Source: Octopus sinensis (lineage: Eukaryota). Taken from it: a stretch of DNA of 64,000 nt. This document shows, in pieces, positions 1 to 13,410 of the stretch. How positions within the stretch are numbered: position 1 is the stretch's first letter; each line of letters begins with the position of its first letter. The translations under genes were made by a program, and so were the position numbers. The stretch lies in contig NC_043019.1 of assembly GCF_006345805.1 (NCBI RefSeq), positions 15,871,360-15,935,359 on the forward strand. The letters run 5' to 3'. Under the pieces are notes generated by a model, which worked only from the letters and a program-made list of their open reading frames with translations, was not told where the DNA came from and made no database searches.

Positions 1-19
1 AAGTACCAGGCTTAAGAAG

Positions 20-228
20 AAATAATAATAATAATCCTTTCTATTATAGGCACAAAGTTTGAAATTTGGGGGTAGAGAGCAAGTCGATTACATCGACCCC
101 AGTGCGTAACTGAAGGGATGAAAGGCAAAGGCAACTTCAGGGGAAATTGAAATCAGAACGCAAGGTTGGACAAAATGCCACTAAGCATTTTGCCCAGCAT
201 GCTAACTATTTCTGCCAGCTCACCACCT
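20..228 (-). mobile_element. tRNA-derived SINE, family B ((ATT)n-tailed), nested inside a family A SINE
   Basis: Minus strand begins GGTGGTGAGCTGGCAGAAATAGTTAGC, with a B-box-like TGATTTCAATTCC and an (ATT)n tail. Flanks 1-19 and ~250-340 are consecutive parts of a family A SINE body and tail. Many further copies occur in the window. Confidence 0.75.
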
Positions 229-416
229 TAATAATAATAAACAAAAAAAGAACACTGGGGGTCAAATTCATTCAACTAAAAATTCAAGGCGATGCTCCAG
301 CATGGGTGCAGACAAACAAATTAAAGATTAAAGATAAAATGAATGTATAACATTCACTACCTGCATTGCAATCACTTTCTGTATACACTCCCTATATCAT
401 TCTACATTTTACTTAA

Positions 417-600
417 CCCTTTTGATACCAACCCTGCCTGAGGCTGCCCCTGGTCCTTTGATACAAATTCCATGTCTTAAAATGATCTAAATTAAAATCA
501 ATCAAAACTTCCATGTTAACTTCCAAAAAACAGCTAAATAATAACAGAAAGTGATTTTATTAAATTCTTCACTATTTTGAAAATTACCATATTTTAATAT
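417..600. mobile_element. piggyBac-type MITE, family 2 (partial)
   Basis: TTAA followed by the terminus CCCTTTTGATACCAACC. The same terminus and body recur near 8390, 13940 (reverse) and 45370/45685 (reverse). Confidence 0.55.
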
Positions 601-1518
601 GTCTAAAGAACCCTCCTAATTTTCTGGGTTTAAAATTTGGAAGAAAGGTTTTGTAAGGTGTTATAATACTATCCATGTATAAGAAACTCCCATATTCTTT
701 TAATCTAATTTTTGATACAAAAAAAAAAGAAAGGGTTCCTTTTATACACAATAAAATATGGTAATTGAAATTAAGGCTGTGTGTTTCAACAGAAAATATA
801 GTAACAATATGTTTTAAATACATTACATAAAAAGACCAACGTCATGTTTCTGATCAGCCTATATCTATAAAACTAAAACGCCTTTCACTTCATTCTCTTA
901 CTGGACTGTGGCCAGGCTGGGGCATCACCATGAAGCATTTTAGTTGAATAAATCGAACCCACAATATTTTTAAAGTCAGACATTTATTCTATATTTATTC
1001 TCTTTTGCCAAACTGATTAAGTTATGAGGATGTAAACAAACCAACAGCTATCATGCACTGGAGGGTACCTAACACTGATACACACACACATTTGACAAGC
1101 TTCAACACAGTTTTTGTCAAACCAAATTCACAAGGCATTGGTTGACCTGGAGCAATAGCAAAATACACTTGCCCAAGGTTCCATGCAATGAGACTGAATT
1201 AACTGGTTACAAAGTAAGCTTCTTAACCAAAGCCATGCCTGCATTTGTAAAAACAAAACAAAAAATTCTGAGAGAGAGAGAGGGGGGGGGCATTCCAGAT
1301 CCACTTAAGTTGAGTTAGAGGAAAACCGCTTGTAGCTAGAAATAGCAGCCAAATCTTTTCACACACTACCACAAGGAAGGGCATATTATGTAATCTGTTA
1401 TGTACATGCATGGGATAGTCAATGCCAGAATGTTATTTCATTATAAGAGTCTGCTTGACCAGGGATAAACAAGCTGGAGCCAACAACAACAACCATCCTT
1501 ATCACTGAGAAATACCAT

Positions 1519-1760
1519 CATCATCATCATCATTAAACGTCTGTTTTCCATGCTGGCATGGGTTGGGCAGTTGGATAGGAGCTTGCTAGCCAGAGACCTG
1601 TACCAGGCTCCAACTGTCTGTTTTGGAATGGTTTTAAAGATGGATGCCCTTCCTAATGCCAACCCCTTTACAGAGTGTACCTGATGCTTTTTTACATGGC
1701 ACCAACATGGGTGTGTTTTAGGTGGCACCAACACAGATGTTTCTTATGTGGCACCAGCAT
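1519..1760 (-). repeat. Abundant retroposon-derived repeat with (GAT)n tail
   Basis: Motifs GGTTGGCATTAGGAAGGGCATCCA and CCAACCCATGCCAGCATGGAAAACAGACGTTTAATGATGATG on the minus strand. Similar copies near 6920, 11300, 12390, 25350, 27370, 31820, 53780 and 57270. Confidence 0.7.
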
Positions 1761-2153
1761 GGGTGCTGTTTACATGGCAGAAGGAATTTGGAGAAGATTT
1801 TCTATAGCTGGATGCCCTACCTGTCGACAACCCTAACTGGTTTCCAAGCAAGATAATATTTTTCCATGGTCACGGAAAACTGGAAATGAACAACATCACT
1901 TGTATGATGATTGTACTCATTTACAAACACCATGTGATGTCTAGGTAAGGGTGCACACACACAAACGCATGCATACACAAGCACATGCGTGACAGGTTTC
2001 TTTGAGTTTCTTTCAACCAAATCCACTCACAAAGCCTTAGTCAACCCTTGGCTACAATAGAAGACACTTGTCCAAGGTACTCCACAGTGAGTCTGAATCA
2101 AAGATCCAAACTTGTTAGCCTCAGAGCACCCTTGCACTTCAAAAAATTATGCA

Positions 2154-2211
2154 TTCCCATGCTGGAAATTGAACCCAGACTACCTGATGAAAGCCACTAG
2201 ACCACATTGGA
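2154..2211 (-). pseudogene. tRNA-Glu(UUC)-derived pseudogene with internal deletion
   Basis: Minus strand TCCAATGTGGTCTAGTGG-CTTTCATCAGGTAGTCTGGGTTCAATTTCCAGCATGGGAA matches eukaryotic tRNA-Glu(TTC) as recalled. About 13 nt of the D-arm/anticodon 5' side are missing, CpGs have decayed to TG/CA, and a T-run follows downstream. Confidence 0.75.
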
Positions 2212-3096
2212 AAGTCTGTTACAAAATAATTAAAATTAAATAGTCTTTCAAGTGGACTGCCATACAGATTTTATCGACACAAATGTCCTCACAAGGCTAG
2301 GATTGGTCCACAAAAGACACATGCTTTAAGTACTGCACAGAAGAATTGAACTTGGAACTCTTTTCTTCCAATAATAAATTATCTGAAACAACAACTCCAA
2401 CAGCTGGCTGATTTCTTGTGTGGGCATGGAAGGTATTTTTTCTGACAAGGTATAGGGATACACAGCCCACAGGGAGGTCTTCCTCTTGGTGTTCTTCATT
2501 TTTTGTTTTCGTTTGCCTCTCCCTCCGTCAAAGTTCAACATTATTTTGTCAATATCTTTACCATCACATTCATAATGTTTATCCAATAACTCACCCCAAA
2601 GCAGGGTGTTAGCAAAGAGTTTGGTACCACCCTGAAAATATCTATCCACAACAACCTCCACTTAATGTGATATATCATAATGACGGTGGTTAAGGAACAT
2701 GGTAGGGGTGGTTTTGATCAACTTAGATCAAAAGATTTTGATAGGATCAACCACTAATACTTGGCAGCTGGTTTTGATCTGGTCTTCTACAGTTGGACAA
2801 CCGCCATGTCCTGCCATTCACCCTAACCACATGCTCAATGAATCGGGGTGAATAACTACCTATTGGAACTAATCAGTATCATGTGCTCAGTCTTAATATT
2901 TATCTTTTTATTACTTAATAGCTTCAGTCACTGGACTCTGGCCAAGCTGGGTCATTGTCCTGAAGGGTTTAGCTGAACCCAGTAATTACTTTTTAGGTTT
3001 TGATACTTATTCTATTAGTCTCTTCTGCCAAACTGGTAAGTTACAGAGATGTAAACAAAGCAACATTGGTTGTCAAGCAGTGGGGAAGAGGGAACA

Positions 3097-3141
<45 letters not shown>

Positions 3142-4952
3142 TAATCCAGTAATGATTCAACTGGCTAAAACTTTGGAGTTACTGCCACAAATAGTTTCGT
3201 CCAAGCATAATAAATTTGCACTCTACGAAAGTATAGAGCAGTGCTCCGCAACCTTTTTTCATTTGAGGTACACTTATATCCTTTTCAAAATTCAGCGGCA
3301 CACCTGAACTAGAAATATAACTAAAAGTATAAGGAAAAACATTCTGCAGAGCTTGACTTTGCCTTTTATCCTTTTGGGGTTGATAAATTAAGCACCAGTG
3401 AAACAAGGGTCAATTTGATTGATTAGTCCCCTCCTGCAAAAGGATTATAACTGAACATAAAACTAAACATTAACTTTAATACACACACACACACAATGGA
3501 CTTCAACACAGTTTCTATCTACTAATTCACTCCCAAGGTATTAAGCAGTTCAGGGCAATAATAAAAAGACATTTGCCTAAAGTGCAGAACAGTGGGATTG
3601 AACCTAAAACCATGTGGCTGCAGGGTGAACTTCTTAACCACACAGCCATGCCAGCACCAAGTGGACAAATTCCCTAAATTATTTTTATATTTCATTTAAT
3701 GTCTGATTAAAACTTGGGTGGTGGGGTTGTCCAGAAAATACAGGTAGGGGCTGTTTTTTTTTAAAAACCCATATAAGGGTCCTGCAACAGAATAACCTTG
3801 AAAGCTGCTGCATTAAATAACGCTGTCTTTAATACACCCTACACACACTTTGCCTGAATGTAAGGAGGTGGTCATGACTGGAACACCTTTGGTTATATAG
3901 GCCTGTTGGATCTCGGTGGGGCTGATGACCTGAGGCTAAATAAACAATAACAGCTGGCAAAGGACACATTAGATAATGTAGTCCAAGATATAATAACCCT
4001 TAAAAGATGAGATGGTCATCTTTGGAATGTCATCAACAACAGGTAGTAATTGTAGCAAAAGGGTGGTGGTGGTAGTAGTAGAGGTGGTGGTTGTGTTATG
4101 TTCTTTGTTTTATATTAACCTAATTTCTTCTCTCTTTCTCTGTTTTTGCCACCATCATTTTTCTATTGTCTCCTGGTTTACATCAGCTTCACATGTCACA
4201 TTCCTACCACACACACATACGCACAGGGTATAACACCAGCATACACAAGAACACACACAGCAATATCAGCACACACACACACACACATATTTACACACCT
4301 AAGAAGGAAGAATGAAAGAGGCAATCAGTTATTGTTACCACGATAGATAGAAAGATAGATGGATGGATGGATGGATATAGAGCAAAGGTAAACAGAGAAG
4401 ATAATATAATGATATAGGTGTGTGTGTGTGTGAGGGAGAGAGAAGAGAAAGAGATAGAAAGAGAGAGAGATAAAAGACAACAGATAAGAGAGAGCAATAT
4501 AGATATGTATGAGATGGAGAGTAGCAGAAAGAGGAGGAATAGGAGGAAAGCCATCAGCTGTTCACAAGGTGAATGAACTCTCTCTGAGAACTATTTTAAA
4601 ATATCGATTTTCCCTAGTTATTATTATCAAGAAGGAATTATTATTATGAGTAGGACACAACAATGTGGTGGTGGTGGTGGTGGTGATGGTAGTGATGGTC
4701 ATGTGGTAGAATGGTGAGTGATGAAGAAGACTCGTGTTGTTGTATAGAGATCTAATAGATGTGTGGTGGTGGTGGTAGTGGCAGTGGTGAAGGTGTGCTG
4801 CTGATTGCTATACCAGACTCTTGTTGTTTGGACGAAGATGATTGGAAATAAATTAGAATGGCTCGTGTTACCTGCTAGGTATACAAAAGTAAACAAAATA
4901 TAATGTGTGTGAGTGTGTAATATACATATATATATCTATTACACACTAAGTC

Positions 4953-4983
<31 letters not shown>

Positions 4984-5852
4984 TATATACATATATATAA
5001 ACACATATATATCTTCACTGTGTGTATATATTTACATTCGTCTGTCACCTGGCTCTCTTGTATGTATGCGTGTGTGTGTATATATTACACACACACAAGG
5101 GACTTCTTTCAGTTTCCACCTAGCAAATCCATTCACAAAGCTTTTGCTGGCCTGGGGCTATAAGTAGAAAACACCTCTTGCTCAAGGTGCCACAGCGGGA
5201 CTGAATCTAGACCCATGTGGTTGGGAAGCAAGCTTCTTACCACACAGCCACACCATATATGTGTGTGTGTGTGTTGTGTGTGTGTGTGTGTGTGTGGTGT
5301 GTGGCCAAACTGTTATGGTGTTGCACTCATGATTGCTAGATTGTGATTTCAATTCCTGGACCAGGTGGTGCATTGTGTTCTTGAGCAATACTTCATTCCA
5401 TGGTGTTCTGTGGCCACTTTGACACCTGACGTGCAATATGCCATGCACTTAGTCGAGCAACATCCATTTCACATACATTTGATCTTCGACGGAAGATTCT
5501 ATCAGATATATACTTTAACCATCTCTAAAAAGTAAGACATGGTAACTGGTACCACACTTCGCTAATTATTTAAAATATAACCAAATAAACACCATCTCTA
5601 TTATCCTACTGCTGATCCAGCAGAACATTGAAAATATGACAACTGGAGGAAGAAAATGCTGTACTGGCATTTGTTTTTAGCTGCATGAACTAGAACATAA
5701 AATGTGCCTTGCCGAAGTATACAGCATAGTGTCCAGTCCAATATTCAAACTATATGAACTTGAGCTTAATACTCTAAACCACAATGCCAAGCCCTAACTC
5801 AAATCATTAAATAAACCACTTTTAATAGGCTAAAGCAGGGTTAAAGCTTTAA

Positions 5853-6276
5853 CCCTCTAACATTCAAACAGGCTACGCCCAGCCGAAATACTCTGCCAGT
5901 TATGTTCAAACCAACAAGATCCAGCCTCTTACACTGACTCTACAATATCATTCTAAAGATAATCACACCATCAAAATCTCAAAGCTACAAATATATGCAC
6001 GATTAATTTAAAACAATGTAGATAAATAAGCATTACATCTGAAAGAGTAATCTGAATGTTAAAGGATTAAATTAACATGTTTGCATTTAATCCAGCCTCA
6101 TATTTCATGTTAAAACCGACCAGATCCAACCTCTTGCACCTGCCCTACAATGCAATTCCAAAAATATACAATCACATCATCAAAAATCTTGAAGCTACAA
6201 AATAGTGTACAATTAATTCAAAACAATGTGAATAAATAAGCATTACATTTGACAAACAAATCTGAATGCTGAAGGG
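5853..6276. mobile_element. piggyBac-type MITE, family 1 (one full copy plus a tandem partial copy)
   Basis: TTAA|CCCTCTAACATTC ... GAATGTTAAAGGA|TTAA, then a second body ending GAATGCTGAAGGG|TTAA. Homologous to 56013-56231. Confidence 0.7.
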
Positions 6277-9163
6277 TTAAAGAAAAGAAAAAAAAACTTT
6301 GAAGGAAAGAAGTTGAATAGGCTTTCAAGTTATTTACAGCTTTATCTACTTTGATAGATATGAAATTAATTGTTTTTAACAGAGCTTCTAAAATTCTTAT
6401 GTAATTATTGTCACTTCCCAACCCTACCCAATTCCTACAGTTGTCACCTACTCTTCCTTACTTCTTCTCAGCCTTCAACACTTGCTCATTATATTTACCC
6501 AGCACACTCATTTCTTATCACTAATCATCTCTCATACACTCTTGCAACCTCTACTCTATTCACCCACATGTCCAGCCTCCACCCATTCACTTCTACTCAG
6601 CTTGTACATTGAGGATACCTTACATCCACCCTGACACCTAATCACAGTATTTTTATCTCTTTCCAGTTCCATCCTGGCCACCCCTACTCTCCCTTTTATA
6701 ATGCAAGTAGCCATGTAGCTCCCCCACAGCAAGAAACCTGTTCTGTTCTGGCTCTTTTCTCTCACACATTACCACCACCATCCCTTGGCAAAAAGTCACT
6801 TCCCTCTCTATTGTAACCCCTCTCAGTCAAAGGGAATCTTAGTCTAGTAGGCTGCATGGTGACCCAACCAGAGTTGATGTCATGAGAAGGAAAAAAAGGC
6901 ATCCAATAATACATGCTGTAAAGGAGTTGGCATTATGAAGGGCATCTAGCTATAGAAACCATACCAATACAGACACTGGAACGTGGCAATTGTAAGAGAT
7001 CAATCAGATCTTGTCAATCCATTCAAACCCACGCCATGATGGTTACATGGTGATAAGGGTGAATGAAAGCAACTGCAGTCACTGGGATGAAACTTTTCTG
7101 ATAACAATAACCAGTATGATAATGCTAACAGTCGTTTTCTTTTGCTGTATGTACCAAATGATTTAAGGACAACAGCAAATTGTGAGATACCATTTTACCT
7201 TTCATTACTCAGATTCATGCCTAGAGGCATTCCTTGGATAAGGATGGTTAGTGGTGAGAGATGTGATACCCTCAGATGATGTATGAAATATATCTGTGTG
7301 TGTGCGTGTCATGGCTGTGTGACAAGTTTGCTTCTCAACCATATAGTTTCAGGTTCAGTTCCACTGTGTGACATTTGCAGCAAGCAACTTCTACTACAAC
7401 CCCGGGATGACCAAATCCTTGTGAGTGCATTGGAGATCATGTAACAGTGGTGTAAGCTAGTGTCACTTGTCAGGCAAGCAGCATTCTTCCTTTCCTATCT
7501 TCTGCAAAAATATGCTTGGTCATACAGAAATATTGTTTTATTTGGAATTAGGTGAAAGTTGGTTGACCAGGAGGACATCCAGCAATAGAAAATTCACCTC
7601 AATAATGCTGTTTGACCCATCTGAGCATGGATAGGTGGACATTAAAATGGTTATGCTGATGATGATAATGACAAAACATTAGTTGAATGCGATTAGACTG
7701 CCAATTTTAGCAGGTCAACATAGAGATCCTTTTGTTTATTCTTCAGACCAATATGCTTTTATCTAGGTACAATTCACAAGGCTCCACAGGTAACCTAACT
7801 GCTTATTTTGTCAGTTTTATTGTGTGTTAAGCTAAAAACCATATTATACTAGAAACTTATCAACAGTGGAATACATTCATAGATTTTGTTTGACCAAGAC
7901 TGACCTTGGGTAAACAACAAAAAACAACAGGCAATAGACAAGATAGTGGAATTTGCATAATGTATTCAAACTGCAATGCTGCACCCAACATGATTCATTA
8001 CTGCATGTGTGCAGTGTGGTCCTCGGTTAGGCAGGCACATGTCAAAAAACTGGAACAACAGGTCAATGGTCCACACCTAGTCACTTAGCTGACAACCTAC
8101 ACACTCCTGGATTCCTTCATCAGAGATGACCTGTGAGAACAGAACAACAGAGTAGCCTTTCAGTGACTTTTAAGGGCTGGTGTTTATACTCCTATGGCTC
8201 AGTGCTTGACTTTTTTAAAGGTTGATAACCTTTCAATGGTCAACGTTTTTAACAATTATGTTTAGTGTTTTAAGGGTCGGTGCTTACAACTCAAATACTC
8301 TAAGAAAAGTGCTTAGCTCATGTAAGGGTCAATATTTAAGTTTTTCTAGGGGCTGATACATAGCTCTTTTAAGGACTGATTCCTTTAACCCTTTCAATAC
8401 CAACCTATTTGAGCTCTGGTTTTAAAGTAACCTAAATGAAAATCTCCCACTGAAATTTTATGTTGATTTATGTTCCAAATACCAGTTTAACAATAAGAGT
8501 TAATTTACTAAATTTGTCATTATTTGTCATTTTAAAATTAATTGAAACAAAGGTGGTATATTTCACCAGAAATAGTGCAACATCACTTTTACTTATGGAT
8601 CTCTTTCGTTCCCCAACTCTTCTGGTGGATGCCCCCCCCCCACCCCATTGCCATTTGATGTTTCAAAAATCCTGTTCTATTTTTATAACTAGATATTATT
8701 AGGAAGTGTATAATAATTGCAAAAATATTTTGTATTTTCTAGAAATATAAAGCATTTCATGCACATAAATTTGAACAATTAACTAAATTCTTTGAAAAAA
8801 AGAATATTCACAAATAAAATAAGTCATAAGTATTTAAAACAAAAAACGCTATATTGAACTGCGTTAAGCATTAGAAAAAGAAACCTTTTTGTTTCTGCCC
8901 CAAGTTCATCTGATGCAACTTTTTTTCATGGATCCCTAAAATACTACTGTGGAGACTCACTTTACATGAACAACACAAAATCTTATGCAATCCCAGGTCA
9001 TACAGACAGATTGAGAACTGCTTTAAACCAAAGGAATATTAAGTTTTCTCTGAGGTACCTCTGGATCAGGGTTTTAAAATATTATGGGCCAGTACTCAGC
9101 TCTTTCAGAGGTCAAATAAGGATGAGTGGCTAGTTCAAACTTCAAAATAAGGCAGATGACATA

Positions 9164-10286
9164 CAGGGGTTGGACAAAATAATGGAAACACTTAGCAGCA
9201 TAATTTTGAAATATCTATTAAAATGTCAAAAGCTTGTTTATTTTTGTTTTTTTGATTTATTATTAGTGTTGCTTGATATGTTTTGCTAAAATTGCTGTTT
9301 CTTTTCAGATATCATCAGAAAAAGGTAATTAAAATTCATTAAAATGGCAAATCTATTGGACTTTCAAAGAGGTCAAATTGTTGGTGCTTGTATGGCAGGC
9401 ACTGTTGTAATGAAAACAGCCAAAGTGTTTGGTGTATCAAGAAGTACTGTCGCGAAAGTAATGACAGCCTTTGAGAAAGAGGGGAAAAAAAACCTCTTCA
9501 TCGAAACAAAACTCCGGAAGAAAACCAAAACTTTCAGATAGCAACCGTCACTCTTACGTGAATTGTTAGAAAGAATCACAAAAGTATAGCTCCCAAAATT
9601 ACTGCAGAGCTTAATGACCACCATGAGAACCCAGTTTCCACAAAAACTGTCCACCTGGAGCTGCACAAAGCTTGATTTCACAGGAGGGTTGCAATCAAAA
9701 GACCACTACTTTCAAAAATGGACGTTGCAAAGCATTTTGAGTAGAGTAAAAGCCTACAGAATTGGTCCCTAGAACAGTGGAAGAATGTTATTTTTTCGGA
9801 CGAGTCATCCAAAAGAAGCATTTGACCTAAACTGCCTTCTTCTAACTGTTAAACATGGAGGATCTATGATGATCTGGGGGGACTATATCTTGGAAATCTG
9901 CCAGCCCAATGGTTTCCTTTCACGGCAGAATTAATTAATTAGTCAAGATTATTTAAGTATTTTATCTGATCCAAGTTATCCTATGGTTGCGGAACTATGA
10001 AGTTGAACATCTTATCTGGCTACCACAGTCCCCAGATCTCAATACTTATGGTGCATTTTAGAAAAACAAGTAAACAGTCAATATCCTCCACCATCATCAC
10101 TACAAGAACTGGAGACTGTTTTAGCTGAAGAATGGACAAAAATTCCTTTGGAAACAATTCAAACTTTATACAAATCCATACCTCATAGAATTCAAGCTAT
10201 AATTACTGCCAAAGGCGGTCCTATCTCATATTAAAATAAATTTGTTTGAAATTTTAAGATGTTTCCATTATTTTGTCCAACCCCTG
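9164..10286 (+). mobile_element. Tc1-family DNA transposon, internally deleted and non-autonomous
   Basis: Perfect 27-bp TIRs CAGGGGTTGGACAAAATAATGGAAACA (9164-9190 and 10260-10286) flanked by TA on both sides; contains a broken transposase. Confidence 0.95.
9344..10234 (+). pseudogene. Tc1 transposase pseudogene
   Basis: HTH N-terminus MANLLDFQRGQIVGA..GVSRSTVAKV, then GRKPK-like, WKNVIFSDES (first catalytic D), VKHGGSMMIWG, WLPQSPDLN and C-terminal IITAKGGPISY*. Frameshifts and stops are present. The QDNA motif (second D) and the E after SPDLN are lost in deletions. Confidence 0.92.
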
Positions 10287-13200
10287 TAAATGTCTCCCAC
10301 CACCAGACCATTCTGTAGAATGTAGTAGAGTTGTACTTTTGGAAAAGACTGCGTTCTTTAGTTCAGAGCACCAGATATAGTGTGTAGGTAGACAAGTAGG
10401 TTGGTGGGTGGGGAGCAGGGGAAGTTAGCTTCCAGAAAGATGAACTCAGAGAAGAGGTAAGATTGAAGTGAAATGGCAGGAGGATGAGATGCTGGGGTGG
10501 GGAACAATTGTACATTAAATGGTAGTATAGGTGATAGTATAGTGTGATGGTGGTGGTGATATATGAACAATACAGGTAGTGGTATTTAGCTAACAGGTTG
10601 CGAATCACTGTTAGCAGAAGAGAAAGAGAGAAAGAAAGGACAAGAGGAAGAAAGAGAAAACAGAAGACATCAGCTGTTCAGGAGGTGAACGAACTTTCAA
10701 TGAGAACTATTTTCGAATATTGATTTTTCCTTCCTGGTTCTACAGACTTGCTTTGTTGGAACAAAGATGTAGTAATATATCTATGATGTAACATTTACTG
10801 TACAGTCTCACATATGTAGTGTGTTGTCAAACTTCGAATATCTGAGATTATCCAAGCAAATGGTAAACAAAAACTCCCTTCCCCCATCAAGAATAGTTCT
10901 TTGATATTATCTAAACTCAATACGGATGGAAATAACTCTGGTAAGATTAGTTAACCATGTAATAAGTTACCTCTAACGAGCTGCTTAACGAAGTAAACAG
11001 ATAATCGTTGTTGTTGTTGTTCAGTTCTAGGTCAGTCCTGATACAGCAGAGCTTTTATGATCAAAGGTAATCCAGCTACAGCTCACATGATAAACATTCG
11101 ATAGAAGTTACCTGTATTCAACCATCAACAAATGGAACAAGCTTCCAAAATGTTGTTTTGCAACCGTACAGGCTCCAGGTTCAAAACCCACTGCAGGGGA
11201 TTTTGGACAAGCATATCTTACCATGGTGTTAAGTTGATTAATATCTTGTGAGTAAAAGTTTGGTGTGTGGAAAATGAGCAAAAGCTTGTATCATCATCAT
11301 CATCATCTGTTTTTTACGCTGGCATGGGTTGGACAGTTCTGCTACACAGCTGGCAAATCAGAGAACTGCACTAAATTCCAATATCAACTTTGGCATGGTT
11401 TCTATGGTTGAATGCCCTTCCTAATGCCAACCACTCCATAGAGTGTATTGGGTGCTTTTTACATGGCACTGGTACAAGACATCATCCCCTCATCTGAGAT
11501 GGGTGCAATATTGAGGGAGGTGACTTTATGCCAGTTAATGCAAGGCTGACATATATACAGAGGGTCAGGAACTGGTGTCTTGCTGTATGTATAACTTTCT
11601 AGAGTACTTTCAAGATCAATACTCACAAATAAATAAACAAAGGATCTGTTAGCACAATAGTGACCCACTGCCACCACCCACTCACACACCTGACCAAAAA
11701 TGTAGTGGACTTGTGTTTGGAGTCCCGTCTTTCATATCAAAATCTCCAACCTTTTCCTAGGCTTGCATGGCTCAGATAGAATTTGAGGTAGATTTTCTAT
11801 GATAAGATGCCCTTCCTGCCACCAACCCTCACCTGTTTCCAAGTAAGACAATATTTCCTCCCAGCCAGACCTTGTTTTCACAGAATATTGGAAATGAATG
11901 ACACTACTTGTATGACAGTGACAATTATTTACAACTATATCACAATGTCAAAGAAAGAAGACACAAACATACACACAAATATACATACATGGTGAGCTTC
12001 TTTTAGTTTCCATCTGCTAAATCCACCCACAATGCTTTACTGGCCCAGGGCTATAGAAGAGGACATTGACCCAAGGAGCAACACAATGGGATTAAATCTA
12101 AATCCATGTGGTGGGAATCAAATTTTTCAACCACACATGTGCATGAATGAATGAATGCATGCATGTATGCATGAATGTATATATGACTAAACATATACAT
12201 GCATCACGGTAGATTTCACATTTGGGTTAATACACAAGGATAAACTTATCTGACTCACACAATAAATAGGAACACAACAGGACTGTTTTGACAAACAAGT
12301 TGTTTGTATTTTTATCTCTTCTTCCTCGTTGTTTGGCCTATTAACTCTTAGTCATAACTAGTACACATGCATATATGCACACATAATCATCATTTAACAT
12401 CTGTGTTCCATGCTGCCATGGGTTGGGTAGTTTGAAAGGCCTTGACTAGCTGAGAGTTGTGTTGGTGGTTTCCATTGTCTGCTTTGGCAAGGTTTCCATG
12501 GTTGGATGCCCTTTCTAATGCCAACTACTATGCAGAGTGTACTGAGTGTGTTCTTTGTGAAACCAACAATAGTGGGGTAACCAAGTAACATGTAAAACAG
12601 GACCCCTTTACAGAGTAGGAATCCAGTTTCGAAGAAGGTAACATTGTGCAAGGTGTAGAAAAGCTAAATTTGGAAAAAGACACAGGAACAGGTGTTTTAG
12701 CTGGAGAGGAGATGCATATGTGTTTATATACATAGGTGAAAGCATGGTTGCATATTTGAGAAGTTTGCTTCCCAACCATCATGTTTTGGGTTCAGTCCTG
12801 CTACATGACGCACTGCCAGAGTGTCTTCTACTATAACCCTGGGCCAACTAAAGTCTATGGGTGAATTTAGCAGGCAGAAATAGAAAGAAGTTCATCATAC
12901 CTAGATGCATGCATGTGTGTTTGTGTGTGTCTTGAAATAATGAAATAGTTGTAAACAAGTGTCACTGTTATATATGCAGTTCATTCATTTTCAATCTCCA
13001 ATGCAAATATGTCCAGCCGGGGAAAAATATTAGAAACGGGTGAAGGTTAGCAACAGAAAGGACACCCATACACAGAAAACCTGCTCTTCAAGAAACCAGC
13101 TTGACCTATGCAAGGACATGGAAAAGTGAATGCCAAGATAAATATGTATGTGTATGTATGTACATTACACAAACACATACATACAAACACACCTCATTTT

Positions 13201-13359
13201 TTATTTATGACAAATATATATTATATATATATATATATACATATACACACACACCTCATATTTTGTTTATGACAAGTGCAACCAGTCACTGAACAATGAT
13301 AGAAACATCACACAAGAGCTGTCTTTCATGTCAGGTTGTAGCATCTATCTTTCCAGTCT

Positions 13360-13410
13360 CTGCTGCTGAAGAGGGGAAAAAAAACACCCTGAAATGCATG
13401 CATCCAACAG
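13360..13410 (+). ncRNA. Minimal type I hammerhead ribozyme
   Basis: CTGCTG|CTGAAGA|GGGG-aaaaaaaaca-CCCT|GAAA|TGCATGCA|TC|CAACAG. Full CUGANGA/GAAA/UH core; helix I 5 of 6 bp; helix II 4 bp with a G-U closing pair; palindromic helix III. Predicted cleavage after C13404 (AUC). Confidence 0.75.

Noticed and set aside
835-862. Minus-strand CTGATCAGAAACATGAC
   Set aside because: No helix II and an incorrect core.
8100-8130. Minus-strand CTGATGAAGGAATCC hammerhead-like start
   Set aside because: No downstream GAAA, helix III or UH; at most a remnant.
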